64,000 nt of DNA, taken from positions 4,736,001 through 4,800,000 of the forward strand of contig OZ253462.1 of the NCBI GenBank assembly GCA_965261395.1, read 5' to 3'. Positions 10,482 through 22,540 of this stretch are shown here, in pieces. Each line of letters opens with the position of its first letter. Position 1 is the first letter of the stretch. Source of the stretch: Candidatus Latescibacterota bacterium (lineage in GTDB: Bacteria; Latescibacterota; UBA2968; UBA8231). The position numbers and the translations under genes were made by a program. Under the pieces are notes generated by a model. It searched no databases, was not told the origin of the DNA, and worked only from the letters and a program-made list of their open reading frames with translations.

Positions 10482-10487
10482 TGGCTG

Positions 10488-11066
10488 TTAATCCCAAGCG
10501 CGGAGCGATTCCACCGGCACGCCGCGATCCCGAGCGATCATCTCGGCACTGCGCAATTGGGACAGTGCTTTGACGGTCGCCTTCACTGAATTCTGCACGT
10601 TGTTGGAGCCGAGGGATTTGGTCAGAATATCATGGACGCCGGCTAGCTCCAGCACGATGCGGGTACCACCGCTGGCGATGATGCCAGTTCCCGGGGTAGC
10701 TGGCTTAAAAAGTACCTTAGCCGCGCCAAAGACCCCGACGATCTCATGCGGTATGGTCCCGTCGGTCACTGGAACCTCGACGACGTTCTTTTTGGCCGCC
10801 TCGGCCCCCTTGCGGATGGCCTCGGCGATCTCGCCGGCCTTGCCAGCGCCAAACCCCACGCGGCCATTGCGGTCGCCAACTACGACCATCGCGCTGAAGC
10901 TGAAACGCCGACCGCCCTTGCGCACGTGCGAAACTCGCTTGATGCTGTTTTGGACGACAACTTCGCTCAGTTCCGTACCGCTGGGATCGGATCTCGCTCT
11001 GTCGGATCTCGCTCTGTCGGATCTCGCTCTGTCGGATCTCGCTCTGCTAGTATCTGCTTTCGCCAC
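10488..11066 (-). CDS. rpsE: 30S ribosomal protein S5 with N-terminal repeat
   Basis: [30 protein letters not shown]. Confidence 0.97.
   Translation of the reverse strand: MAKADTSRARSDRARSDRARSDRARSDPSGTELSEVVVQNSIKRVSHVRKGGRRFSFSAMVVVGDRNGRVGFGAGKAGEIAEAIRKGAEAAKKNVVEVPVTDGTIPHEIVGVFGAAKVLFKPATPGTGIIASGGTRIVLELAGVHDILTKSLGSNNVQNSVKATVKALSQLRSAEMIARDRGVPVESLRAWD
10987..11046. repeat. Perfect tandem repeat, 4 x 15 nt (tcggatctcgctctg), inside the rpsE 5' end
   Basis: Four identical units read directly; encodes (RARSD)4. Confidence 0.95.
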
Positions 11067-11077
11067 GCCGTTCTCCC

Positions 11078-11452
11078 TTAGAAATTCAAGCCAGCTTCCC
11101 GCGCCCCGTCGGCCACGGCTTTGATTACCCCGTGATAGAGAAAGCCGCCGCGATCAAAGACGACCTGCTCAATGCCTTGTTCGCGCGCCTTAGCGGCAAC
11201 TATCTTACCTATCTCGTGCCCCTGCACCACCCGATTGTCAAACTGCCGCTCCCTTAGCTCCTGAGACTGAGTGGAAAGGCCTAAAAGGGAATGGCCCGCC
11301 ACGTCGTCGACGAGCTGCACCTCGATATGGCGCAGGGAACGATGCACCACCATGCGCGGTCGAGCGGACGTACCGGAGACAATCTTGCGCAGCCGGTGCC
11401 GCCGCCGCTGCCGCCGCTGGCGGTTTTCGACTAGGTGTTTTTTGTCTTTCAT
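11078..11452 (-). CDS. rplR: 50S ribosomal protein L18
   Basis: [28 protein letters not shown]. Confidence 0.97.
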   Translation of the reverse strand: MKDKKHLVENRQRRQRRRHRLRKIVSGTSARPRMVVHRSLRHIEVQLVDDVAGHSLLGLSTQSQELRERQFDNRVVQGHEIGKIVAAKAREQGIEQVVFDRGGFLYHGVIKAVADGAREAGLNF

Positions 11453-12006
11453 TCGCCTGCCGTCTTGCCCTGTTTCCAGTGAATAGTCTCGTTCTCATAG
11501 CGGATCCCCTTGCCCTTGTAAGGCTCCGGGCGGCGCTTGAAGCGAATATTGGCGGCCACTTGCCCCACGAGTTGCTTGTCGATGCCCCGGACGACAATGC
11601 GGGCTTGTGCCCCTCCAGCGCCCGCGGACACTTCGACTTGGATCTCCTCGGGCATTTCGTAGATCACCGGATGCGAATAGCCCACGTGGAGCACGAGCTG
11701 TCTGCCCTGAACCTCGGCCCGATACCCTACGCCGAATAGATCCAAGTTCTTAAAAAAACCCTCGGAGACCCCCGCGACCGCATTGGCGATCAAGGTGCGG
11801 GTCAATCCATGTAGGGAGCGAGCCTGTTTGCTCTCGCCTTTGCGCGTCACCGTTAAAGCGCTGTCTTGCTGAGCCACCGCGAGGTGCTCGGCGATAAACG
11901 GCACCTGTAACTGGCCCTTTGGCCCTTTTACGGAAACCTCGGCAGGGGCCAACGCGACTTCAACGCCCTGTGGTAGGGGAAGGGGTTTACTACCTATGCG
12001 CGACAA
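11449..12006 (-). CDS. rplF: 50S ribosomal protein L6
   Basis: MSRIG, GVGYRA, GYSHP, PEPYKGKGIRY. Confidence 0.98.
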   Translation of the reverse strand: MSRIGSKPLPLPQGVEVALAPAEVSVKGPKGQLQVPFIAEHLAVAQQDSALTVTRKGESKQARSLHGLTRTLIANAVAGVSEGFFKNLDLFGVGYRAEVQGRQLVLHVGYSHPVIYEMPEEIQVEVSAGAGGAQARIVVRGIDKQLVGQVAANIRFKRRPEPYKGKGIRYENETIHWKQGKTAGE

Positions 12007-12031
12007 TCTAGCATTCTCCTAGTGACTTCAT

Positions 12032-12430
12032 TTACCAGACGCTACAGAGGATTTCGCCGCCTACGCCGCTCATCCTCGCTTGTTTATCCGTCATCACTCC
12101 CTTAGAGGTGGAGATGATGGCGATGCCCAGCCCGCGGAGCACGCGCGGAATACCGGCTTTGCCCGAATATTGGCGCAAGCCAGGCTTGCTGACGCGCGCT
12201 ATCCCGCGAATGATGCTGTTTTCATTCTTATCGTAGCGCAGATAGAGCCGCAAAATGCCCTGCTTGCTGTCTTCGATAAAGGCGAAGTTGTCGATAAAAC
12301 GGGACTCGGCCAATACGCGGGCCACTTCTCGCTTCAGTCTAGAGGCGGGCACGTCAACTCTCGAGTGCTTGACACTGGAGGCGTTGCGAATGCGGGTCAA
12401 CATATCCGCTATGGGATCCGTCATACTCAT
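12032..12430 (-). CDS. rpsH: 30S ribosomal protein S8
   Basis: TDPIADMLTRIRNA, SKPGLR, STSKGVMT. Confidence 0.98.
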   Translation of the reverse strand: MSMTDPIADMLTRIRNASSVKHSRVDVPASRLKREVARVLAESRFIDNFAFIEDSKQGILRLYLRYDKNENSIIRGIARVSKPGLRQYSGKAGIPRVLRGLGIAIISTSKGVMTDKQARMSGVGGEILCSVW

Positions 12431-12448
12431 ATTGATTTCTCCAACCCG

Positions 12449-12634
12449 CTACCAGCTCGCCTTGCGAACGCCCGGAATCTCGCCCCGGAGGGCCAACTCG
12501 CGGAAACAGATGCGACACAGGCCGAACTTGCGATATACGGCACGCGGGCGTCCACAGCGGTGGCAGCGAGTATAGGCTTGCGAGGAAAACTTGGGTTTGC
12601 GCTGCGCTTTGGCTATCAGGCATTTCTTTGGCAT
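12449..12634 (-). CDS. rpsN: 30S ribosomal protein S14, type Z
   Basis: 61 aa, RCHRCGR...LCRICFRE...PGVRKASW. Confidence 0.97.
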   Translation of the reverse strand: MPKKCLIAKAQRKPKFSSQAYTRCHRCGRPRAVYRKFGLCRICFRELALRGEIPGVRKASW

Positions 12635-12654
12635 TAGCAGGTTCTTTCTTAGCT

Positions 12655-13200
12655 CTATTGACTGAAGGGCATGCCCAACAACCGGAGCAGTTCTTGGCCT
12701 TCATCGTCGCTTTTAGCCGAGGTGACGATGGTGATATTCATACCCCGGACTTGGTCGATCATGTCGTAGTTGATCTCGGGGAATATGATCTGTTCCTTAA
12801 TGCCCAGATTGTAGTTGCCGCGTCCGTCGAAGCTCTTGGGAGAAACCCCGCGAAAATCTCGCACCTGCGGCAAGGCGAAACTGATCAAGCGGTCGAGGAA
12901 CTCGTACATGTGGGTGCCCCGCAAGGTGACCATGCAGCCGATGGGAATGCCGGCGCGCAACTTGAAGTTTGAGATCGCCTTCTTGGCCTGGCGGATGGCA
13001 GGCTTTTGGCCGGTGATCGCCGTCAATTCGGATACCGCACCTTCGAGCACCTTGGGCTCCTGCACCGCCTCGCCAACGCCCATGTTGACGACGACCTTCT
13101 CCAAGCGCGGCACCTGCATGTCGTTCTTAAACGAGAAGCGGGCCTTGAGCTGAGGCATTGCCTCTTCTTTGTATTGTCTTTTTAGTCTGGCTTCGTACAT
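12655..13200 (-). CDS. rplE: 50S ribosomal protein L5
   Basis: [35 protein letters not shown]. Confidence 0.98.
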   Translation of the reverse strand: MYEARLKRQYKEEAMPQLKARFSFKNDMQVPRLEKVVVNMGVGEAVQEPKVLEGAVSELTAITGQKPAIRQAKKAISNFKLRAGIPIGCMVTLRGTHMYEFLDRLISFALPQVRDFRGVSPKSFDGRGNYNLGIKEQIIFPEINYDMIDQVRGMNITIVTSAKSDDEGQELLRLLGMPFSQ

Positions 13201-13203
13201 AGC

Positions 13204-13521
13204 TTATTCTGGGTCGATCATTTCGCCACTGCGAATAGAGACGCGCACGCATTTGCCGTTGTCGAGCTTCTTGTGCCCTATGCGCGTTGGTTGGTCGGTC
13301 TTGGGGCAAACGATCATGACATTGGAAACGTGGATCGGGGCCTCGCGCTCAACGATACCCCCCTGGGGATCGCGCGATGTGGGACGGGTGTGATGCTTGC
13401 GCATATTCACACCTTCGACGATGACTCGCCCCCGATCTTTAAACACGCTGAGCACCTTCGAGCGCCGCCCTTTGTCGTTGCCGCTCATGACCTGTATTGT
13501 ATCATCTTTGCGAATATCCAT
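13204..13521 (-). CDS. rplX: 50S ribosomal protein L24
   Basis: KOW-like SGNDKG, VEGVN, EAPIHVSNV. Confidence 0.97.
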   Translation of the reverse strand: MDIRKDDTIQVMSGNDKGRRSKVLSVFKDRGRVIVEGVNMRKHHTRPTSRDPQGGIVEREAPIHVSNVMIVCPKTDQPTRIGHKKLDNGKCVRVSIRSGEMIDPE

Positions 13522-13532
13522 TGCGCTCTTCC

Positions 13533-13901
13533 TCAGACTACCTCGGGTGCCAGCGAGACAATGCGCATGTATTGCTTTTCGCGCAACTCGCGGGCCACAG
13601 GACCGAATATGCGAGTACCTGTTGGCTCCTTGTCGTCGTTGACCAATACAGCGGCATTGTCGTCAAAGCGGATATAGGATCCATCTGGACGACGATATTC
13701 CTTCTTGGTCCGCACGACTACGGCCTTGACGACTTGCCCTTCTTCTAAAGGCCCTTTTGGTGCTACGCCGTGGACGGCAACTACGATCAGGTCGCCAATG
13801 CTGGCATAGCGCTTGCGGGAGCCGCCGAGTACGCGAATGCAGCGGCCTGTGCGGGCCCCGGCATTATCCGCCATTTTTACTACGCTGTATTCCCGAATCA
13901 T
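13533..13901 (-). CDS. rplN: 50S ribosomal protein L14
   Basis: [28 protein letters not shown]. Confidence 0.98.
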   Translation of the reverse strand: MIREYSVVKMADNAGARTGRCIRVLGGSRKRYASIGDLIVVAVHGVAPKGPLEEGQVVKAVVVRTKKEYRRPDGSYIRFDDNAAVLVNDDKEPTGTRIFGPVARELREKQYMRIVSLAPEVV

Positions 13902-13929
13902 TTCGTTCCTAACAAGCCTAAGTTTTGAT

Positions 13930-14187
13930 TTACTGCCGCTCTAATACATCGACGAGTCGCCAGCGCTTGGTCTTGCTCATGGGTCGACATTCTTCAATGC
14001 GCACCAAATCGCCAACCTGCGACTCTTCCCGCTCGTCGTGGGCGACGAACTTAGCAGTGCGGCGGATGATCCGGCCGTACAGGGCATGCGGGATGCGCTG
14101 TTCAATCGCCACAATCCGCGTTTTGACGTTGTTGGCCTTGAGCACTCGACCTTCGACCTGACGCCGGCCTCTTTTTTGTTTAGCCAT
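13930..14187 (-). CDS. rpsQ: 30S ribosomal protein S17
   Basis: AHDE...[20 protein letters not shown]. Confidence 0.97.
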   Translation of the reverse strand: MAKQKRGRRQVEGRVLKANNVKTRIVAIEQRIPHALYGRIIRRTAKFVAHDEREESQVGDLVRIEECRPMSKTKRWRLVDVLERQ

Positions 14188-14192
14188 TTCCT

Positions 14193-14408
14193 TTATTTCC
14201 CACCGGCCAAGGGACGCACCCCGAGGGCGTGCTCTTTGAGCACGGTGTGCGCCTTGGCAATGTCGCGCCGCACTTGCCGCAAGCGAATGGGGCTAGTCAA
14301 CTGGCCGGCTACGTGCTGAAAACGCAGATTGAAGAATTCCTCGTGTAGTTCTTCCAACCTGTTTTGCACTTCCTCTGAACTCATCTCGCGCAATTCGCTG
14401 ACCTTCAT
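14193..14408 (-). CDS. rpmC: 50S ribosomal protein L29
   Basis: MKVSELREMS...FNLRFQ...VRRDIAK; start corrected. Confidence 0.95.
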   Translation of the reverse strand: MKVSELREMSSEEVQNRLEELHEEFFNLRFQHVAGQLTSPIRLRQVRRDIAKAHTVLKEHALGVRPLAGGK

Positions 14409-14412
14409 AACT

Positions 14413-14823
14413 TCATGCAACTCTTTTGACGACCTTGGTCTTGATGGGCAGTTTGTGGCCGGCGCGGCGGAATGCCTCGCGGGCCATGTCTTCGGGCACC
14501 CCTGAAAGCTCAACCATCACCCGCCCGGGTTTGACCACCGCAACCCATCCCTCGGGCGGACCCTTGCCTTTGCCCATGCGGGTTTCGGCCGGTTTCTTGG
14601 TGATCGGTTTATCGGGAAAAATGCGGATCCACATCTTACCTGTGCGGCTCATCGCCCGACTAATCGTCACGCGCATAGCCTCGATCTGGCGGCTGGTGAC
14701 CCAACAAGGCTCGAGGGCTTTGAGGCCGTATTCGCCGAAGGAGACCATGTCCCCACCTTTGGTCTGGCCGCGCATGCGGCCCCGCGCCTGCTTCCTCCAC
14801 TTGGACTTCTTGGGCATTAACAT
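14413..14823 (-). CDS. rplP: 50S ribosomal protein L16
   Basis: [29 protein letters not shown]. Confidence 0.98.
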   Translation of the reverse strand: MLMPKKSKWRKQARGRMRGQTKGGDMVSFGEYGLKALEPCWVTSRQIEAMRVTISRAMSRTGKMWIRIFPDKPITKKPAETRMGKGKGPPEGWVAVVKPGRVMVELSGVPEDMAREAFRRAGHKLPIKTKVVKRVA

Positions 14824-14841
14824 GAGAGTGCCTCGCTGTAA

Positions 14842-15498
14842 TTAGACCGCCCGAGCGGTCCCTTCTTCCTCGGCTACGACTTCGCCGAGGCAAATCCAAA
14901 CTTTTACGCCCACAGTCCCCGAAACGGTATAAGCCGTCGCCATGGCGTAGTCGATATCGGCGCGCAGCGTGTGCAAGGGGACCCGACCGGCTGGCTCGGA
15001 ACGCTCGCGCCGCCCCATTTCCAAACCACCGATGCGCCCGGAGCAAACGATGCGAATGCCCTCGGCCCCCATGCGCATCGACGAGGCGACGGATTTCTTC
15101 ATAGCCCGGCGAAAAGAGACGCGCTGCTCTAGCTGGCGGGCGAGATTGTCAGCCACTAGTTGAGCGTCCAGCTCGGGCTTTTTGATCTCTTGGATATTGA
15201 GCGACACATCTTTGCCAGTCAGTGCCTTGAGCTCGTCGCGAATCTTGTCGACTTCGGCCCCACGGCGACCAATGGCAATACCAGGACGAGCCGTATGTAC
15301 TTCAACGGTAACTCGCTTGGGCTGGCGCTCGATGTTGATCTGGGACACGCCGGCTCGCTGTAGGCGCTGGCGCACATAGCGCCGCAGCATGAGGTCTTCT
15401 TTCAGCAACTCGGAAAAATCCTTTTCGGCGAACCAATTTGAACGCCAAGGCTTGATGACCCCGAGCCGGAAGCCGTATGGATGTGTTTTCTGTCCCAA
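14842..15498 (-). CDS. rpsC: 30S ribosomal protein S3
   Basis: [33 protein letters not shown]. Confidence 0.98.
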   Translation of the reverse strand: MGQKTHPYGFRLGVIKPWRSNWFAEKDFSELLKEDLMLRRYVRQRLQRAGVSQINIERQPKRVTVEVHTARPGIAIGRRGAEVDKIRDELKALTGKDVSLNIQEIKKPELDAQLVADNLARQLEQRVSFRRAMKKSVASSMRMGAEGIRIVCSGRIGGLEMGRRERSEPAGRVPLHTLRADIDYAMATAYTVSGTVGVKVWICLGEVVAEEEGTARAV

Positions 15499-15508
15499 GC
15501 TGTCCCCC

Positions 15509-15856
15509 TTAGTTGGTCTCGTCGCTGACGACGACCGTGAGATTGCAGTGGCGCTTGCGGATGCGATCAGCCGAGCCGCGGGCCCGCGGACGAATGCGCT
15601 TGAGATCGCGTCCTTCGTCGGCGAAGACGCTAGTTACGCAGAGATCATCGGCGTCGACCGGATTTTCTTCATCCTGATTGATCCCATTGGATATGGCCGA
15701 ACGCAGGGTCTTTTCGACCAGCTTGGCCACCGGGCGCGACGAAAACCGAAGAATAGTGAGGGCCTCAGCGACTGGCTTACCGCGAATCAGGTCGATGAGC
15801 TGGCGCACCTTAGTGGCCGGTACGCCGATTTGTTTGAGGACGGCTTGGGCTTCCAT
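15509..15856 (-). CDS. rplV: 50S ribosomal protein L22
   Basis: MEAQA...[12 protein letters not shown]...KRIRPRARG; start corrected. Confidence 0.96.
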   Translation of the reverse strand: MEAQAVLKQIGVPATKVRQLIDLIRGKPVAEALTILRFSSRPVAKLVEKTLRSAISNGINQDEENPVDADDLCVTSVFADEGRDLKRIRPRARGSADRIRKRHCNLTVVVSDETN

Positions 15857-15858
15857 GC

Positions 15859-16146
15859 TTATTGAATCCTCGTGCCGCGCTCGGTCAATCGGCCTCCGTG
15901 ACCGCGGAAGGTGCGGGTCGGCGCAAACTCGCCGAGCTTGTGCCCGACCATGTTCTCTGTGATGTACACCGGAATGAATTTGTTGCCGTTGTAAACCGCC
16001 AACGTATGGCCGACGAAGTCGGGCGTAATGGTTGAGCGCCGCGACCAAGTCCGCACGACCTGTTTGTCGCCCGTGCGATTGAGGTACTCGACTTTTTTTG
16101 CTAAATGCCCGTCGATAAAAGGGCCTTTTTTGATCGATCTTGCCAT
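15859..16146 (-). CDS. rpsS: 30S ribosomal protein S19
   Basis: [29 protein letters not shown]. Confidence 0.98.
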   Translation of the reverse strand: MARSIKKGPFIDGHLAKKVEYLNRTGDKQVVRTWSRRSTITPDFVGHTLAVYNGNKFIPVYITENMVGHKLGEFAPTRTFRGHGGRLTERGTRIQ

Positions 16147-16155
16147 AATTCCTCG

Positions 16156-16989
16156 CTACTGCGCCTTCCGTCGGCGTATGATCCACTGATTGCTTTGGTT
16201 TTTGCGCTTGCGCGTCTTGTACCCCTTGGTGGGCTTGCCCCAAGGAGTGACCGGGTGCCGTCCGCCCGAAGATCGGCCTTCGCCACCCCCATGCGGGTGG
16301 TCAACCGGATTCATAACTACGCCTCGCACCTTGGGCCTGCGCCCCAACCAACGGGAGCGACCAGCCTTGCCGACGACGATATTGGCGTGTTCTATATTAC
16401 CCACCTGCCCCAAGGTCGCCATGCACTGGACCAGCACTTCGCGATTCTCCCCCGAAGGCAGTCGCAACTGCGCCCGCCCGCTATCACGGCCGAGAAGCTG
16501 CACTTCAGCGCCCGCGCTGCGTGCTAGCTGACCGCCGCGGCCAGGATTGAGCTCGACATTATGAACCGTCGCTCCTAAGGGAATATTGGCCAACGGCAAG
16601 GCGTTGCCAACTTGGATTGGGGCATTGGGACCTGCGGAGATCTCGGCTCCGACCTTCAGGCCCAGAGGCGCGAGAATGTAGCGCTTGTCTCCATCGGCAT
16701 AGACGACAAGGGCAATAAATGCCGAGCGGTTGGGATCGTATTCGATCTCGGCGACCCGACCCGGTACACCGAGTTTGGTACGCTTGAAGTCGATGACGCG
16801 ATAGCGCCTCTTATGTCCCCCTCCGCGCCGACGCATGGTCATGCGGCCCTGATTGTTGCGCCCGCCCGACTTGCCAACGGCAGCAGCGAGCAAGGACTTC
16901 TCGGGCTTGCTGCGCGTTAGCTCCTCAAAGGAGTTGACCGTCTTGTAGCGCAACGTCGGGGTTGTGGGGCGAAATTTCTTGACTGCCAT
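16156..16989 (-). CDS. rplB: 50S ribosomal protein L2
   Basis: [28 protein letters not shown]. Confidence 0.99.
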   Translation of the reverse strand: MAVKKFRPTTPTLRYKTVNSFEELTRSKPEKSLLAAAVGKSGGRNNQGRMTMRRRGGGHKRRYRVIDFKRTKLGVPGRVAEIEYDPNRSAFIALVVYADGDKRYILAPLGLKVGAEISAGPNAPIQVGNALPLANIPLGATVHNVELNPGRGGQLARSAGAEVQLLGRDSGRAQLRLPSGENREVLVQCMATLGQVGNIEHANIVVGKAGRSRWLGRRPKVRGVVMNPVDHPHGGGEGRSSGGRHPVTPWGKPTKGYKTRKRKNQSNQWIIRRRKAQ

Positions 16990-17005
16990 CTCAAGTCCAG
17001 TTTAG

Positions 17006-17290
17006 CTAGATATTTTCAGCAAATTCAATGGAGTCGCCGGCCCGGAGCGTCACATAGGCCTTTTTCCAACCGGCACGCCGCCCTAGGTACATCCCTTGCC
17101 GCTTGGGCTTACTGGGGACTTTGATGGTGCGGACGGATTCAACCTTGACCGAAAAAATGGATTCTACTGCCTGGCGGATCTGGAGTTTGTTGGCCTTGGG
17201 ATGGACGCGAAAGGCGTATTTGTTGCCCTCGCGCAACATGGAGGCTTTTTCGGTAATCACTGGCTCCTGAATAATTGCTCGCGGGTTCAT
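17006..17290 (-). CDS. rplW: 50S ribosomal protein L23
   Basis: PVITEKA, ANKLQI, WKKAYVTL; start at MNP avoids overlap with rplD. Confidence 0.95.
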   Translation of the reverse strand: MNPRAIIQEPVITEKASMLREGNKYAFRVHPKANKLQIRQAVESIFSVKVESVRTIKVPSKPKRQGMYLGRRAGWKKAYVTLRAGDSIEFAENI

Positions 17291-17294
17291 CTTC

Positions 17295-17933
17295 TCAGCC
17301 CCTTTGGCCATGGGTTTCTACGAGCCGATCAAAGGCTTGGCGAGTAAACAAGACCACATCCGTTGCTAGCAAGTCATAGGTAGCTAGCGAACCGAGATGG
17401 GCAATTTTCACCTGGGGCAGATTGCGGCTCGATTTGATCAACACTGGGGAGCTTTCCACCGTGACGAACAGGACCTTGTGGTCTTTGAGACCGCACGCTT
17501 CAATAACCTTCTGAAAGGAACGGGTGCTGGGAGCGGGAAAGTCGAAGTCGGTGACGACCTTGATCTGCCCCTCCGTGCCTTTGAGCGTCAGTGCCGAGCG
17601 AAATGCCAGACGCTTGAGGGACTTGGGCACCTTGGAAGAATAAGAGCGGGGACGGGGACCAAAGGCCACGCCGCCACCGCGCACCAAAGGCGAGCGCAAC
17701 GAACCCCGACGCGCCCAACCCGTGCCTTTCTGGCGGTGGTGCTTCTTGCTCGTGCGGGCTATCTCGGACCGGGTCTTGGCCGAGGCCGTCCCCTGCCGCT
17801 GATTCGTTTGGTGGGCGACAACCGCTCGGTAGAGGGCGTATTCCGAAACCGCAGTACCGAACAAATCCTCGGGCAATTCGACTGAGCCGTTTGCTTGCCC
17901 TTCGCTGTTTAGCACTTCTACCTGCGCACCCAT
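17295..17933 (-). CDS. rplD: 50S ribosomal protein L4
   Basis: RQGTASAKTRSE, RQKGTG, GGGVAFGPRPR, SSRNLP. Confidence 0.97.
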   Translation of the reverse strand: MGAQVEVLNSEGQANGSVELPEDLFGTAVSEYALYRAVVAHQTNQRQGTASAKTRSEIARTSKKHHRQKGTGWARRGSLRSPLVRGGGVAFGPRPRSYSSKVPKSLKRLAFRSALTLKGTEGQIKVVTDFDFPAPSTRSFQKVIEACGLKDHKVLFVTVESSPVLIKSSRNLPQVKIAHLGSLATYDLLATDVVLFTRQAFDRLVETHGQRG

Positions 17934-17940
17934 GGTCCAA

Positions 17941-18249
17941 TCAAACCTTTATGTCAATGCCGATGCCCGCAGGCAAATCGAGCTTCATCAGTGCGTCCAC
18001 GGTCTGCGGCGTCGAATCGTAAATGTCGATGAGCCGCTTGTGGATGCGCGTCTCGAACTGCTCGCGCGATTTCTTGTCCACGTGTGGGGATCGCAGCACG
18101 GTGTATATGGTGCGAGCCGTCGGTAGCGGCACCGGGCCGGCGATGCGGGCCCCGCTCCGCTTGACCGTCTGGACTATCTCATCCACAGATTTGTCCAAAG
18201 CCATGTGGTCGTAGGCTTTGAGGCGAATGCGTATTCTGTCAACTGCCAC
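17941..18249 (-). CDS. rpsJ: 30S ribosomal protein S10
   Basis: [31 protein letters not shown]. Confidence 0.98.
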   Translation of the reverse strand: MAVDRIRIRLKAYDHMALDKSVDEIVQTVKRSGARIAGPVPLPTARTIYTVLRSPHVDKKSREQFETRIHKRLIDIYDSTPQTVDALMKLDLPAGIGIDIKV

Positions 18250-18279
18250 TGGCTCACATCTCCCTAAATGCGGATGCCC

Positions 18280-19470
<1,191 letters not shown>

Positions 19471-19517
19471 TTCCTTAATCCTCTCCTTTCCTTATCCCTG
19501 GGAAGGCGATTACAGCT

Positions 19518-21596
19518 TTAACTTTGAGTGTTATCGACGATTTCTTCGGTGATGTGTTTTGGGACGGCTTGGTACTTGGCAAACTGCATGGTAAAAAGCG
19601 CCCGTCCTTGGGTCAGCGAACGCAGACGAGTGGCATAGCCAAAAGTCTCGCTCAGCGGCACGAAGGCCTTGACGACTTGGGCATCGGAACGGGGATTGAT
19701 GCCTTGTATCTCGCCGCGGTGCGAATTGAGATCGCCCATTACGTCGCCCAAATATTGCTCGGGGACGACGACCTCCAACTCCATAATCGGCTCCATGAGA
19801 TAGGGAGCCGCCTTCAGAGCACCGTCTTTGAAGGCCATGGTCCCGGCGACCTTGAAGGCGACTTCCGATGAGTCAACCTCGTGATACGACCCATCTATCA
19901 GCACAACCTTAACATCCTCGATCGGATAACCGGCAACGGGGCCGGTAGTCATCGCTTCAATGATGCCCTCACGCACTGGATTGATGTATTCCTTGGGGAT
20001 GTTGCCACCGACAATTTTCGACTCGAAGACCAGCCCACTACCCGGCTCGCCTGGCTCGATCTCCAGCTCGACGTGCCCGTACTGGCCACGGCCGCCTGTC
20101 TGTCGTACGAACCGGCCCGTGCTCTCGACAGCCTTGCGCAGGCCTTCTTTGTAGGCCACTTGGGGCTTGCCGACATTGGCCTCGACCTTGAACTCGCGGA
20201 AGAGGCGGTCAATGAGTATTTCTAGATGCAGTTCGCCCATGCCCGACATGATCGTCTGACCAGTCTCGTCGTCAAGCTTAATCTGAAAGGTCGGGTCTTC
20301 CTCGCTGAGTTTGGACAGGGCAATGTATAGCTGCTCCTGATCGGCTCGCGTCTTGGGCTCAATGGCCACATGGACCACCGGCTCGGCAAATTCGATTTTT
20401 TCCAAGACGATAGGATGCTGCTCGTCGCAAAGCGTATCGCCAGTAGTTGTGTTTTTGAGGCCGACCACAGCGACTATATCACCGGCATAGGCGTGAGGCA
20501 GCTCGGTGCGGTCGTTGGCGTGCATCTCCAGCAAGCGCGCGGTCCGCTCGCGGCGCTCAGTAGTCACATTGTATAGATAGGTGCCCGAGCTTAACACGCC
20601 TGAATAGACGCGAACAAAGGTGAGACGCCCGACAAAGGGGTCCGTCATAACCTTAAAAGCCAACCCGGCAAAAGGCGCATCGTCGAGGGCAGGACGCACC
20701 TCTTCCGCGCTGGAATGGGGCAGCAGGCCCTTGATTTCGCCGACGTCGGCTGGGGACGGAAGATAGTGTAACACCGTGTCGAGCAAGCGCTGGACGCCTT
20801 TGTATTTGTACGCACTACCGCACGTTACGGGCACAGCCTTCAGCGCGATGGTGGCCTGGCGCAGTGCAGCTCGGATTTCGTCGGGGTGAATTTCCTCCCC
20901 GTCAAGGAATTTTTCGAGCAGTCCATCGTCGAATTCAGCCACCGACTCGAGCAGTTTTTCGCGGTGTTGCAAGGCATTCTCCAGCAAATCCGCGGGGATC
21001 TCGTCCTCGAAAAACTTGACGCCCTGGCTGGCCTCTTCGTAGGTAATGGCCTTCATCTCGATCAAGTCGATCAAACCGTTGAACGTCTCGCCGACGCCGA
21101 TGGGCAACTGGACGGGCACGAAATTGCTGTTCAACCGCTCTTTGAGCATGCTCAGGACCTGAAAAAAATCAGCCCCATTGCGATCCATCTTGTTGACAAA
21201 AGCAATGCGCGGAACCCCGTATTTGTCGGCTTGGCGCCAGACGGTCTCGGACTGCGGTTCAACTCCGCCGACCGCACAGAAGACGCCTATGGCACCGTCG
21301 AGGACGCGCAGCGAACGCTCGACCTCGGCGGTAAAATCCACGTGGCCGGGCGTGTCGATGATGTTGATGCGGTGATCCTTCCACTCGCAAGCGGTAGCCG
21401 CAGAGGTAATGGTAATTCCGCGCTCGCGCTCTTGCTCCATCCAGTCCATCGTCGCCGTACCGTCGTGGACCTCTCCCATGCGGTGAACTCGGCCCGTATA
21501 GTAGAGAATCCGCTCGGTCGTAGTGGTCTTGCCGGCGTCGATATGAGCCGCAATCCCGATATTGCGCGTGTCTTGTTGGGTAAACTGTCGTGCCAT
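19518..21596 (-). CDS. fusA: Elongation factor G
   Basis: [31 protein letters not shown]; start at MARQF. Confidence 0.98.
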   Translation of the reverse strand: MARQFTQQDTRNIGIAAHIDAGKTTTTERILYYTGRVHRMGEVHDGTATMDWMEQERERGITITSAATACEWKDHRINIIDTPGHVDFTAEVERSLRVLDGAIGVFCAVGGVEPQSETVWRQADKYGVPRIAFVNKMDRNGADFFQVLSMLKERLNSNFVPVQLPIGVGETFNGLIDLIEMKAITYEEASQGVKFFEDEIPADLLENALQHREKLLESVAEFDDGLLEKFLDGEEIHPDEIRAALRQATIALKAVPVTCGSAYKYKGVQRLLDTVLHYLPSPADVGEIKGLLPHSSAEEVRPALDDAPFAGLAFKVMTDPFVGRLTFVRVYSGVLSSGTYLYNVTTERRERTARLLEMHANDRTELPHAYAGDIVAVVGLKNTTTGDTLCDEQHPIVLEKIEFAEPVVHVAIEPKTRADQEQLYIALSKLSEEDPTFQIKLDDETGQTIMSGMGELHLEILIDRLFREFKVEANVGKPQVAYKEGLRKAVESTGRFVRQTGGRGQYGHVELEIEPGEPGSGLVFESKIVGGNIPKEYINPVREGIIEAMTTGPVAGYPIEDVKVVLIDGSYHEVDSSEVAFKVAGTMAFKDGALKAAPYLMEPIMELEVVVPEQYLGDVMGDLNSHRGEIQGINPRSDAQVVKAFVPLSETFGYATRLRSLTQGRALFTMQFAKYQAVPKHITEEIVDNTQS

Positions 21597-21612
21597 TTCG
21601 CTTGAGAACTCC

Positions 21613-22083
21613 CTAAAATCTGTAGTGGGCAAAAGCCTTGTTCGCCTCGGCCATGCGGTGGACGTCTTCCTTCATGCGCACAGCCCCACCTTCCCCCCTT
21701 GACGCCGCGATAAATTCATTGGCCAACCGCTCGGCCATGGTGCGCTCAGAGCGCTCGCGAGCGAAGCGAATCAACCAGCGAATCGAACGCGCCGTGCGCT
21801 CGTCTGGCCGCATTTCGACCGGCACCTGATACGTTTGGCCACCGACTCGACGCGATTTAACCATGACGATGGGCTTGGCATTTTCCAGTGCCTTCTGAAA
21901 GACATCGATCCCGTCTTGGCCACTGCGCTCGGCAGCCAAGTCAATCGAGTCGTAGAATATGCGCTCGGCCACGCTCTTTTTGCCTTGTTTCATCAGCGAA
22001 TTTACGAACCTTGCCGCCAAGACGTTGTGGAACTTCGGGTCCGGTAGCAGCTTGCGTTTTATTGCTCTTTTACGCCGCGACAT
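21613..22083 (-). CDS. rpsG: 30S ribosomal protein S7
   Basis: [27 protein letters not shown]. Confidence 0.98.
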   Translation of the reverse strand: MSRRKRAIKRKLLPDPKFHNVLAARFVNSLMKQGKKSVAERIFYDSIDLAAERSGQDGIDVFQKALENAKPIVMVKSRRVGGQTYQVPVEMRPDERTARSIRWLIRFARERSERTMAERLANEFIAASRGEGGAVRMKEDVHRMAEANKAFAHYRF

Positions 22084-22094
22084 TGCTTGTACTC

Positions 22095-22466
22095 TTAGGT
22101 TGGCCGCCGGGTGCCATACTTGGAGCGACTCTGGCGGCGGTCGGCCACGCCCGTCGCATCGAGGACGCCGCGCACGATGTGGTAGCGCACGCCGGGGCAG
22201 TCCTTGATCCGGCCCCCGCGCACCAAAACGATGGAGTGCTCCTGAAGCGTGTGGCCCTCGCCTGGAACATAAGCCGTGACTTCAATCCCCGTAGTCAAAC
22301 GCACGCGGGCCATCTTGCGCAGAGCCGAATTGGGCTTCTTAGGCGTCTGGGTGTAAACGCGCGTACAAACGCCGCGCCGCTGAGGACAACCTCTCAGTGC
22401 TGGAGAGTCCGTCTTTTTTAGTGATTTTTGCCGGCTCTTGCGGACCAGCTGGCTAACCGTTGGCAA
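22095..22466 (-). CDS. rpsL: 30S ribosomal protein S12
   Basis: [21 protein letters not shown]. Confidence 0.99.
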   Translation of the reverse strand: MPTVSQLVRKSRQKSLKKTDSPALRGCPQRRGVCTRVYTQTPKKPNSALRKMARVRLTTGIEVTAYVPGEGHTLQEHSIVLVRGGRIKDCPGVRYHIVRGVLDATGVADRRQSRSKYGTRRPT

Positions 22467-22509
22467 GCGCTATTTCTCCTCGCGATTCCGTAATAAACAG
22501 CAAGCTCAT

Positions 22510-22538
22510 AACTTAAATACAAATTCTATAACTGTCAA
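22510..22538 (-). promoter_or_regulatory. Sigma70-type promoter for the str operon
   Basis: TTGACA-17 nt-TAAGTT in the AT-rich rpoC-rpsL spacer. Confidence 0.65.
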
Positions 22539-22540
22539 TA

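Noticed and set aside
15509-16243. 244-aa ORF suggesting an extended L22
   Set aside because: The extension overlaps rpsS and rplB out of frame; the true start is 15856
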